A stretch of DNA of 64,000 nt from Anaerolineae bacterium (GCA_030605795.1 JAUWHR010000045.1:3665-67664); one strand, 5' to 3'. Counted from the stretch's first letter, positions 19,853 through 28,117 are shown. Numbers and translations are program-made. Notes: a model not told the origin generated them from the sequence alone.

Positions 19853-21664
19853 TCATTCCATAATTGTCTTCCATCGTTCCCAATGTCCTGAGAGGTACCG
19901 GCAACCGTCCTTCCACATTTCTTGGAGAACGACTTGAGCCACCGATATCCACCGGAATCGATGGCCATGCATCGGAAGCTCCAACTCCCGTTTGTCACAG
20001 ACCGTGCTTAAATTGGACGTTTCCACTTGAGCTTTAAGATCCTTGAGACGCGCCTGCCTTTCGGGCAAGCTATCGATGGTCAAGATGCGGTCGATCTCTT
20101 TGTCGAGGGCGATTGCCCGTGCGATCCTCTTATCTGTCGCGGCTGCGATATGGGACTCTATCAAACCAAATTCTCCCTTTAAAAGGTTCAACCTTCGCCC
20201 TGCTTCATATGTTGCCGACACGATAGCATTGCGATCCATCCATTTCGTCTCATAATTTAACGCGTGTTTCCAGCTAGGGGCTAACAAGGCTTGGCGATGT
20301 TCTTCCAGCGTGCGACAATGTAGATGATACCCATGACGCTCCGGCTCTTCAAAAGCCCGGCTGCCAGGGTCCAAGAATGGAGCCAGGGGGGAGATAAAGG
20401 GAGCTAGTCGTTTATCGCTATTGGAAGTGTAGCGGCTTATTAATTGACCACAGTAGTCGACTGTGGCCATGACGGATTCGAAGGTCTGTTTAGGCAAACC
20501 CACCATGAAAAATACATCAAGTCTGCGGCAGCCGGCGTCGAGCGCGCTGGCGATGGTTCGTTCGATAGCTTCGGTACTATAGGGGCGACCGAAGGCTTTT
20601 CGCACCAGATCATTGTGAGATTCGAGCGAGATTTCTATAGTGAAGTCGGGTAGTGCTCGTGCGATGCGGGTGAGGAACTTGGGTTGTGCAGTATTAAATA
20701 ATTCAAGAATAACCGGTTTTTTGAAGCCCGTGATTGCGTCCAGGAAGCGATTAGCGTACTCTTCTCCAGCCTGACGGATATCTCCTAGTACGAAAATAGG
20801 CCCTCGACTAAACCTTGAGACACGCCGTATGTCATTTGCTAGTTCTTCTGGCTTACGAAAGGATGGCTGCTGGCGTCCATGGAGCTTTCGGAAGGCGTAA
20901 GCGGATCCTCCACATGTAAGGCAGTTGTGGGTACATCCGCGGACGCTTAGAGCCGCGGTGATAGGATAACTGATCCATGTACGGAAGGGAAGAAAATTGG
21001 CCAGATCGCGGTAGCGTACAACCGATTTGAGGACATGGCTGTAATCCAATAGAAGTCCGTCAAGATTTTGGGGGCAGTGGCTTAGGGGGTTCACATGAAC
21101 TTGTTGCTCAGAATCCTTCCATACTAAATTCGGGACAGCTTTGAGTTGTCGGTGCTCTGCAGATCCGACGTGTGGCTGTGCTTGTCCTCCTGAAAAAATG
21201 TATTTCATTAGTTCTAGGATTGGACCTTCGGTGGAATCGCCGCGCATTACAAAGTCGACCTCATGCCGCTGGGCCAGTTCTCGATGGAAGTATGTTGAGG
21301 AGAATCCACCGAAAAGGATCGGTCGATTGGGATGCAACCGCTTCACAACACGGGCAATTTCAAGCGCGCCGTGAGCGTGAGGTAGCCAGTGAAGATCAAT
21401 CCCAAAGACGGCAGTGTCCATTTGGGCTATGCTGGCTTCAACATCAAAATTGGGGTCGTTGAGCATTCGCAGAGCTAGATTGGCGATACGAACACGGTAT
21501 CCATTCCGTTCCAGATATTCGGCGATGCTGGTAAAACCGATTGGATACATCTCAAATACCGGTGTCGAGGGAACCAGATCGCTAATGGGCCCATAGAGGA
21601 TAGATTTATGCCGAAAATCATACACGCTAGGCGCATGTATGAGAATCAAACCACAACTACTCAA
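19853..21664 (-). CDS. B12-binding domain-containing radical SAM protein
   Basis: 603 aa. N-terminal Rossmann-like B12-binding region, CTHNCLTCGGS (CxxxCxxC) cluster motif, and a large C-terminal extension. Confidence 0.75.
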   Translation of the reverse strand: MSSCGLILIHAPSVYDFRHKSILYGPISDLVPSTPVFEMYPIGFTSIAEYLERNGYRVRIANLALRMLNDPNFDVEASIAQMDTAVFGIDLHWLPHAHGALEIARVVKRLHPNRPILFGGFSSTYFHRELAQRHEVDFVMRGDSTEGPILELMKYIFSGGQAQPHVGSAEHRQLKAVPNLVWKDSEQQVHVNPLSHCPQNLDGLLLDYSHVLKSVVRYRDLANFLPFRTWISYPITAALSVRGCTHNCLTCGGSAYAFRKLHGRQQPSFRKPEELANDIRRVSRFSRGPIFVLGDIRQAGEEYANRFLDAITGFKKPVILELFNTAQPKFLTRIARALPDFTIEISLESHNDLVRKAFGRPYSTEAIERTIASALDAGCRRLDVFFMVGLPKQTFESVMATVDYCGQLISRYTSNSDKRLAPFISPLAPFLDPGSRAFEEPERHGYHLHCRTLEEHRQALLAPSWKHALNYETKWMDRNAIVSATYEAGRRLNLLKGEFGLIESHIAAATDKRIARAIALDKEIDRILTIDSLPERQARLKDLKAQVETSNLSTVCDKRELELPMHGHRFRWISVAQVVLQEMWKDGCRYLSGHWERWKTIME

Positions 21665-21760
21665 GTCTTACTCCTTGTCAAAATCGTTTCCTTTAGAGGG
21701 CGAAAATCGATAAAGATCCACAATTCGGAAACACGTCGCGCTTCTCCAACTCAGCTCGTC

Positions 21761-21976
21761 TTATGAGTCAAGAACAACCACATCCTCTGCTCGAGGGCCT
21801 TTAGGTCCCTCGGAGACGATAAATTCCACTTTCTGACCCTCGTCTAACGATTGAAAACCCGAATCGCGAATAGCGCTATGGTGCACAAAAACGTCTCCCC
21901 CTACATCGCGCTCGATGAATCCATAACCTCTTGAAACGTTGAACCACTTGATCGTGCCAGTTTCGCGCTCTGCCAT
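21761..21976 (-). CDS. Cold-shock protein (CspA family)
   Basis: GTIKWFN..RGYGFI (RNP1) and DVFVHHSAI (RNP2). 71 aa. Confidence 0.92.
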   Translation of the reverse strand: MAERETGTIKWFNVSRGYGFIERDVGGDVFVHHSAIRDSGFQSLDEGQKVEFIVSEGPKGPRAEDVVVLDS

Positions 21977-22004
21977 TGTAAACTCGCCTCCTTAATAATT
22001 AAAG

Positions 22005-22114
22005 TACTGAAAAAAGCTCAAATGCAAGAAAGGGAATGGTATATGTGGAGTGTGGGCTTTACCCACACTCCACATATACCCCTCTTTCCTGCTGGCGGCT
22101 GTCTTTTTAAACAG
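22005..22114 (+). repeat. Long-hairpin intergenic repeat, copy 2
   Basis: Apical stem GGTATATGTGGAGTGTGGGC-TTTA-CCCACACTCCACATATACC. The lower stem pairs GCAAGAAAGGG with CCCTCTTTCCTGC. Begins 29 nt upstream of the csp start codon. Confidence 0.85.
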
Positions 22115-22346
22115 ACTCAATAATACATTCCTTTGTGGCAGATCGTTCCGAAGCGACTTCAGATATGAGACTCATCATCTGAATAAGAACGGCTGCCAGC
22201 AATGAACGCACTCTAGCATGGCCTGAGGTTTGTGTCAACGCTGGATGAAATGGTAGAAAGGTCCCCAACGGCTTACCGGGTCATTGGGTAAGCAGCCAGC
22301 TTGTTGTATAGTTGGGAAGGTGAGGAGACAATATTGGAGAAGGAAA

Positions 22347-22640
22347 ATGGCCACAACGCGAGCACACCTGTGGATCTCCGGCCGTGTGCAGGGCGTGAAC
22401 TTTCGCTACTACACCCGCCAGCAGGCGCTTTGCCTAGGGCTCACCGGCTGGGTGCGCAATCTATGGGATGGAAGGGTGGAAGTGGTTCTAGAAGGGGAGG
22501 AGGCAATCGTCCGTCAGATGGTCGATTGGTGCCGTACCGGTCCGCCAGCAGCATATGTGGTTGAGGTGGAGATCGAGTGGGAATCACCCTGTGGAACCCT
22601 AAATAATTTTGATATCCGAATGACAGCCAGCGGGAGGTAG
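22347..22640 (+). CDS. acyP: Acylphosphatase
   Basis: SGRVQGVNFRYYT and GWVRN..DGRVE motifs. SD GGAGAAGGA lies before ATG 22347, so the tracked 22284 start is rejected. Confidence 0.85.
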   Translation: MATTRAHLWISGRVQGVNFRYYTRQQALCLGLTGWVRNLWDGRVEVVLEGEEAIVRQMVDWCRTGPPAAYVVEVEIEWESPCGTLNNFDIRMTASGR

Positions 22641-22645
22641 TCTTC

Positions 22646-22996
22646 ATGGCTAAGCCCAAGATCGATGCTTATAATTTCGGTCGGATCGTGATCGACGGAC
22701 AGGTCTATCAACGAGATGTGATTCTCCTCCCGGATCGTGTGTTACCCAATTGGTGGCGCGTCGAAGATCACTCGCTGGCTCTTGAGGATCTGCAGCAGGC
22801 TCTTGGTTGCTCGCCGCAGGTGCTGGTGATTGGATTGGGAAAGTATAGCCGGATGAAGGTGCCAGAGGAGACCCTGAAGCAGATTGAAGCCGCTGGAATC
22901 CGGCTGATAGCTCTGGAGACTAGTGAGGCTTGTGAAACTTATAACCAATTGCGTGAGCAGGAGCACGTAGTTGCTGCCTTGCACCTTACTTGTTAA
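22646..22996 (+). CDS. Mth938-like (DUF498) domain protein
   Basis: 116 aa. F.G.I.IDG..Y..DVI......V..W pattern and ..VLVIGLG... typical of the family. Confidence 0.6.
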   Translation: MAKPKIDAYNFGRIVIDGQVYQRDVILLPDRVLPNWWRVEDHSLALEDLQQALGCSPQVLVIGLGKYSRMKVPEETLKQIEAAGIRLIALETSEACETYNQLREQEHVVAALHLTC

Positions 22997-23226
22997 GGAA
23001 CGCACAAAAGGTTGTTCTCTTCCAACTCAGGGTGATCGAGTGCAGGTGAGGTTGTCCGCTTTCGGAGGTAAGGAGTTATGCCCATCGACTTTTGGTGTTT
23101 CTTATCATGGAAAAGGATGAAGTGCCTGATCCATTCAACATAACATCTTTCGGTATGATATGAATAGTGCTTGCGCTGGATGGCATCTCGGACCAGATCT
23201 AGCAGCTTGTTAGGACGTTGAGACAT
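22993..23226 (-). pseudogene. Integron-integrase-like tyrosine recombinase, N-terminal fragment only
   Basis: LLDLVRDAIQRKHYSYHTERCYVEWIRHFILFHDKKH..MG parallels the IntI N-terminus (LDQLRERIR.LHYS.RTEQAYV.WVR.FI.FH..RHP..LG). Similarity stops after ~50 aa, and the catalytic domain is absent. Confidence 0.65.
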
Positions 23227-23325
23227 CTGTTTAACCCTCTTGGTTGATGGTTACTGGGAATTGTTATATGCTCTAGTTGGAGTGTAGGGTCGATAGGGAA
23301 TATTGCATGTAGCACCCCCTTTAGG

Positions 23326-24264
23326 ATGACAGTACAGAATTCACGCCAGATAATCCAGTATAAAGAGACCTTTGATGAATTTCAGCATCTCATACTGTTG
23401 ATAGAGAAAGCCTTACGGCCACAGGGGGCGAATGTTACTGAGTCGAAAGAACTACTTGATCACATTCTCAGTGAAGAACGAGAGGTTGATATTGTGATCG
23501 AGTTCATCGACGGCATTCATCATGTGACGATTGGTGTGGAATGCAAAGGTGGTGGAAAGAAACCCAGAAGAGCAACAGTAGAATGGGTTGAACAAATGTG
23601 GGGAAAACACCTGACCTTGCCAACAGATAAACTAATCCTTGTTGCCAAGGCTGGATTCACCTCATCAGCGGAAAAGAAAGCTGCATTCTGGAACATTAAG
23701 ACGCTCAGTTTATCCCAGGCCGAAAATTCTGATTGGACCTCAGTTATTCGCAAGCTTAACTCGATTAATGTGGTAAATTTTCTTCTTCCGTACGCTACCC
23801 GCGCAACAGTGGTATTATGGATTGGCCCAAACGAAGATGAAGTTGATATGACCAAGATTGACTTGCAAAACTCAATGCTGTACGACGCAGCGGGCTCTAA
23901 AATCTCTACACCTCAGATACTTGTAGAAAGATGGCTCAGCGATCCAGTATTACTTCGAGAGATAGAAAAATTGGCTTATACAGACAGTGGCACAATTATC
24001 GAATTCGAGCGGAACCTAAAACCCGGAGAGTATTTAGTTGATGAAACTGGAAAAAAGCGGTCAGTCGTTGCAATCAAAGTCGAAGCAAAATGTAAAAAAG
24101 AAGTAACCACCGTTGAAATGTCGCAGGGATCGTACGGGGAAGCTGCGCTTTCATACGGAAAAGCCCGCTTCTTTAGAAAGTCGATGCAGTTTCTGGCAGT
24201 TCAACAACCGGATGATGATCCACGCCTCATTGTTTCAGTGAAGCAGCCAAAATCCAACAAATAA
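23326..24264 (+). CDS. PD-(D/E)xK restriction-endonuclease-like protein with unknown C-terminal domain (integron cassette ORF)
   Basis: The motif ..REVDIVIEF..(13 aa)..IGVECKGGG fits D...(D/E)xK of Mrr/NucS-like nuclease folds. The ~180 C-terminal aa carry no recognisable motif. Low GC. An attC follows immediately. Confidence 0.6.
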   Translation: MTVQNSRQIIQYKETFDEFQHLILLIEKALRPQGANVTESKELLDHILSEEREVDIVIEFIDGIHHVTIGVECKGGGKKPRRATVEWVEQMWGKHLTLPTDKLILVAKAGFTSSAEKKAAFWNIKTLSLSQAENSDWTSVIRKLNSINVVNFLLPYATRATVVLWIGPNEDEVDMTKIDLQNSMLYDAAGSKISTPQILVERWLSDPVLLREIEKLAYTDSGTIIEFERNLKPGEYLVDETGKKRSVVAIKVEAKCKKEVTTVEMSQGSYGEAALSYGKARFFRKSMQFLAVQQPDDDPRLIVSVKQPKSNK

Positions 24265-24289
24265 AATGAAAGGCATAGCTTGATCGCCA

Positions 24290-24408
24290 TATAACAAATT
24301 GCTCAACCGGACGCCAAGAGCCGCGCTTTTAAGCGAAGGCTTTGTGCGTAAGGAGTAGAATTTTGGTGAAGCGCTACGAGCGCGCCGGTTAGCTCAAAGC
24401 CGTTATGT
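24290..24408 (+). mobile_element. Integron attC recombination site
   Basis: Left end ATATAAC-AAATT-GCTCAACCGGAC, right end GCCGGTTAGCTC-AAAGCC-GTTATGT. This is an imperfect palindrome with the R''/L''...L'/R' layout and unpaired bases, closely resembling classical attC ends (..TAACAATTCGTTCAAGCCGAC...GGCTTAACTCAAGCGTTAG..). Confidence 0.75.
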
Positions 24409-24508
24409 CGCTCATTTAATTAGGATATTCGGGAAATTCGTTCTTGGTATGGCAATTTATTTAGCTATCACGTGCTTCTCTAGAAATGTAAGCGGGAGAG
24501 GGTAGATC

Positions 24509-24994
24509 ATGAGACTGCGATTGAGGATCATCGCTTTTCCATTAGCCAGCATCACCCTTATTTCCTGCTGGTTCGTATTCTTCCTCTTCCTTCGTACTTC
24601 TCCCAGTAAGCCCCTTTTCATCATAGGGAATATCCTCATAGTAATCGGACTGCTGCTGATAATTCTTGCTATGTCTGCCTTACGAACACAGGGGATGACT
24701 CAAGATAAGCAGGACTTCACCGCAACAACAACGATCGTGAAGAGTGGGATCTACTCGATTGTCCGACACCCCCTTTATTTGGGCTGGCTTTTGATGTACC
24801 CCGCAGCTATGTTAGTGAGTCAACACTGGTTAGTATTAATATTAGGGGTAGTTGGTATGCTAAGCATGTATGTGATCACGATAGAAGCTGAGGACCGGCT
24901 AATAGATAAGTTTGGATTGGAATATCAGACGTATATGCAGGAAGTGCCAAGGTTCAATATCATCTTAGGCTTATGGTGCAAGTTACGGAGCTAG
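24509..24994 (+). CDS. Isoprenylcysteine carboxyl methyltransferase (ICMT/PEMT) family membrane protein
   Basis: 161 aa and polytopic. The GIYSIVRHPLYLG motif is typical of the ICMT/PEMT family. SD GGGAGAGGG. Confidence 0.7.
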   Translation: MRLRLRIIAFPLASITLISCWFVFFLFLRTSPSKPLFIIGNILIVIGLLLIILAMSALRTQGMTQDKQDFTATTTIVKSGIYSIVRHPLYLGWLLMYPAAMLVSQHWLVLILGVVGMLSMYVITIEAEDRLIDKFGLEYQTYMQEVPRFNIILGLWCKLRS

Positions 24995-25226
24995 AATGAT
25001 GATAATGTGAGCGGCATAATCACTCGCCAGACTGGATAAAAATTCAGCTAAAAGACTAATGGTGGGGGGAAATCGGTAAGAATTGTTTGGAAATAATGGA
25101 TAGCTCCCGTGGTTCAAACATTAATGGGGTTATAAATAGGGAGCTGTCCAGTGATTTTGAATATGGTTAACTTTTTTGGGCCCTCGCTGTAGCTCATTGG
25201 ATGAAACCCAAGCTGGTGTTGAAGAC

Positions 25227-25292
25227 CGGCTCCCTGCTGATTTATCTCTGGGGCTGGGTCCCCCTAATGCCCAGGGGACCAGCAGGGAGCCG
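25227..25292. repeat. Strong bulged hairpin in a 760-nt non-coding stretch
   Basis: CCGGCTCCCTGCTG[14-17 nt bulge]CTGGGTCCCC - loop - GGGGACCAGCAGGGAGCCG. About 21 bp are paired in total. Confidence 0.6.
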
Positions 25293-25757
25293 ATACTAAC
25301 TAATCATTGTGCCTTACCTGCTCAGTGCGCCAGGAGCACCACCATCGACTTGGAGATCTACCTTGCTCAACTCGGCTTGGATAAGGTTCTCGGAGCTCAT
25401 CACTATAGCTGACAGAAGATCCTCTCACCTCACACCACCTCGGACAACCTTTTATCTTGGACATAGCTTAGCAAGGCAGCGTTCTGCCAGTGTGGGATGG
25501 ATCGTTTATTCAGCGTGTTTTCTGAGGCAGATTGATGGACTCGCGAAAAAAAGAATAATCTGGAGGGGATTCTTGGGTTAAATAAATGTCCCTTGAGTTG
25601 GGCTAGACTGTTTCTCGTGTTCTGAAGTAATATGCGCGGTTGAAACAGGCTGCATAATGTGTACTTACTGATGCTATACTGTTATGAGCCATTCAGCTCG
25701 TGACAAAGCTCTGCTTTAAATCGAACACAATAACCCGCCCCGGGGGATGGTAAAGAA

Positions 25758-27704
25758 ATGTTAGAAATCCGCTTGCTTGGGGAATTCGACGTTCGTCTAG
25801 AAGGGCAACCGATCGAGATCCCTTCGCGCCCGGCGCAGTCGCTACTGGCTTACCTTGTTCTAAACGCAGAAACCCGTCATCGTAGGGAGAAGTTAGCAGG
25901 TTTGCTGTGGCCGGAATCGGAGGAATCCAACGCCCGCAGCAACCTGCGCCACGCGCTGTGGCGACTCCGTAAGGCGATCGGGGAGAAGTATTTTCTCGCT
26001 GATAAAGTTTCCATCGCTTTCATACCCACCGAAGATTGCGAACTCGACGTCTCTTACTTTGGAGATGAGAGGACTGAGACGGAATCGACCATGGATCTGA
26101 TCCGCGAAGTCTCCGTCTACGGGGGTGAACTCCTACCAGGCTTCTACGAAGGCTGGGTTGTTTTGGAACGAGAACAGCTGCGAGCTACTTTTGAGCATAC
26201 GATCCAGAGGCTGTTAGATTTGTTGATTGAAAAGCAGTCTTGGTTGGAGGTCCTTGAATGGGGAGAGCGGTGGATCGCGACGGGATATGTGCCTGAGCCC
26301 GCATACCGAGCATTGATGATCGCGTATCGCGGTCTGGGGGATTCCTCAGGGGTGGCTGCGGTATACCAGAGATGTTGTGAAGCGCTACACAGCGAGTTGG
26401 GTGTCGAGCCGTCGGAACAAACGCGGTCGATATTTGATAGGCTCTCCAAAGGTGGAGAGCCCTCGGTGGTTGCACGAGTTTACCCAGAAAGAGAGAGGGT
26501 TGATGCCTCAGTAGACGCGGTAAGGATGCTGCTTAAGCACTGGCGGCAAAAGGGTGTGAAGATTTTGGATCTGGCTAGCCTAGCTATGGTTTATGCTGCC
26601 AGGCCGGATGACCCGTTTGACCCAGAAGATGCTGCTTTGCTTATCCGTAGTGCACTACAGCACGAAGTCGATATTGAACCGTGGCTTAAGCGCGCTGGCT
26701 CACCGCAGGTCGTGGTGGCAACACTAGATGAAGTATTAGGCACATATCCAAAGCCTCGGATTAGGAAGAGGATCGTCCAAGCGCTTAAAGGCTTGGAGTA
26801 CGAGGAAGTGGATAATGTATTGCTGCATGTTGTCGAGAGTGACGATTCGGCCGAGATCCGGGCCGAAGCTGCGGTGACACTTGCCCAAAGGGGAAAACAG
26901 GATGTTGTAGTAGAACTTTTGCTGGACCAGATAAACTTAAGTGATAATGCAGCGGCAATTGCGGCTTTCGTTGCGGTTGTTGATGAAGTGGGTCTCTCCA
27001 AGGAGGTTGGTCCTTATCCCAAGCTCCCCGTCCTAGCAGCGCTTGCCGAGAGGCGTTGGAAAGATGGACGGCGATTGCTATTGAGGCAGGTGGGGCGGGT
27101 AAGCCTTGGGGCGGTAATCATATCCGCTTTGCATGGCAGCGCCGCGCCATTCTATATAGCACTCTCGCTTCCAGATAGTTATCACGATACGCTACAAGTT
27201 CTATCTCTACCCACATGGATGCTCAGTGGAGCCCTGGGTATGATGCTAATCGGTGGGGCTCAGGGTTTGGCTTCCAGTTTCGCAATTGGATTGGCCGATG
27301 TTTTCTTGAGGGGTCGAACGCGGAGATTCTGGCGCCATATACTAGGAAGTCTGGCGGGTTTAGCTCACGCTGGATTTCTCATTGTATATACGATAATGGG
27401 TAATATGGAACCCACGTCTGAGTCCACAGTTTATATATCTGTATGCGTTTTTTATAGTTTACTTCTTGGTGCTGCGTTGTCGATTGTCTTTCCGCAACTC
27501 GGGACTTCATCCTCTACTCGGCAACAACTCAAACGCGCGGCGTGGGGGGCGGCAGCGGCTGCCCTGGCGACGACCCCATATGTCATTGGCTATCTATTTT
27601 ACTTTAGCGAGGCCCCAGGCACGGTACCGGAACGCCTGGTATTTTCAATCTTACTTACACTGGGGATCGCGCTCGCACTTAGAAATCCTGGCGTAGAAAT
27701 CTAA
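25758..27704 (+). CDS. SARP-family (OmpR-type wHTH + BTAD) regulator fused to HEAT-like repeats and a C-terminal ~6-TM domain
   Basis: The N-terminus reads LEIRLLGEFDVRLEGQPIEI..RPAQSLLAYLVL......REKLAGLLWPE....ARSNLRHALWRLRKA. BTAD reads ..YRALMIAYRGLGD...AAVYQRC...L..ELGVEPS..T. The middle has DDSAEIRAEAAVTLAQRG (HEAT-like). The last ~210 aa contain six hydrophobic helices. Confidence 0.75.
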   Translation: MLEIRLLGEFDVRLEGQPIEIPSRPAQSLLAYLVLNAETRHRREKLAGLLWPESEESNARSNLRHALWRLRKAIGEKYFLADKVSIAFIPTEDCELDVSYFGDERTETESTMDLIREVSVYGGELLPGFYEGWVVLEREQLRATFEHTIQRLLDLLIEKQSWLEVLEWGERWIATGYVPEPAYRALMIAYRGLGDSSGVAAVYQRCCEALHSELGVEPSEQTRSIFDRLSKGGEPSVVARVYPERERVDASVDAVRMLLKHWRQKGVKILDLASLAMVYAARPDDPFDPEDAALLIRSALQHEVDIEPWLKRAGSPQVVVATLDEVLGTYPKPRIRKRIVQALKGLEYEEVDNVLLHVVESDDSAEIRAEAAVTLAQRGKQDVVVELLLDQINLSDNAAAIAAFVAVVDEVGLSKEVGPYPKLPVLAALAERRWKDGRRLLLRQVGRVSLGAVIISALHGSAAPFYIALSLPDSYHDTLQVLSLPTWMLSGALGMMLIGGAQGLASSFAIGLADVFLRGRTRRFWRHILGSLAGLAHAGFLIVYTIMGNMEPTSESTVYISVCVFYSLLLGAALSIVFPQLGTSSSTRQQLKRAAWGAAAAALATTPYVIGYLFYFSEAPGTVPERLVFSILLTLGIALALRNPGVEI

Positions 27705-27745
27705 ACAGCTTCAAATCCGCGAATTTAGGTTTCCAATGGTTGAGT

Positions 27746-27855
27746 GCACTGAAAAAAAAACTACCCGCGCGGAGTGGGGAGGGATATAGGTGCGGGCGCA
27801 GCCCGCGCCCCCACATATATCCCGGTCCTCTTCTTGCGGTTGACCCTTTTTCAGT
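27746..27855 (+). repeat. Long-hairpin intergenic repeat, copy 3
   Basis: CACTGAAAAAAAAA...GGGATATAGGTGCGGGCGCAGCCCGCGCCCCCACATATATCCC...CCCTTTTTCAGTG. The terminal inverted CACTGAAAAA/TTTTTCAGTG is intact in this copy. Confidence 0.85.
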
Positions 27856-27901
27856 GGATTAATTGTAATAATCCTGCATCATAATAAGGAGGCTTGTTTC
27901 G

Positions 27902-28117
27902 ATGAATGATAAATCACGATGGGGCAAAGTCGCTCAGTTGATTGACGATGCGCTAGCGGATGAGTCTCTGAGGAAGAAATTACAAGAGGGGAGTCGTGAG
28001 GAAAAATTGGAGATTCTTACCGAACGAGGTTTCACCGAGGAAGATAGAGTGAACCTCGAAAAAGACCTTCAACTGCTCACCCCGGACGCGAGTGCCGCGA
28101 TAAGATTTTGGCTCTAA
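27902..28117 (+). CDS. Nif11-like leader-peptide-domain protein (candidate RiPP/pheromone precursor)
   Basis: Strong SD AAGGAGG. KVAQLIDDALADESLRKKLQEG..EEKLEILTERGFTEEDRVNLEKDL follows the Nif11/NHLP leader pattern. The short tail TPDASAAIRFWL ends the protein. Confidence 0.65.
   Translation: MNDKSRWGKVAQLIDDALADESLRKKLQEGSREEKLEILTERGFTEEDRVNLEKDLQLLTPDASAAIRFWL

Noticed and set aside
24995-25175. A second attC directly after the ICMT-family gene
   Set aside because: Only weak, gapped inverted repeats are present, and there are no convincing R''/R' core sites. I cannot support it without a covariance-model score.
25227-25292. The bulged hairpin considered as a second attC site
   Set aside because: Its flanks read GTTGAAG...hairpin...TACTAAC. 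An attC has ..AAC on the left and GTT.. on the right on either strand, so the polarity is wrong.
25176-25581. Plus-strand ORFs 25176-25412 and 25309-25581
   Set aside because: They have no SD and odd composition, they overlap each other, and they span the bulged hairpin. They are treated as non-coding.
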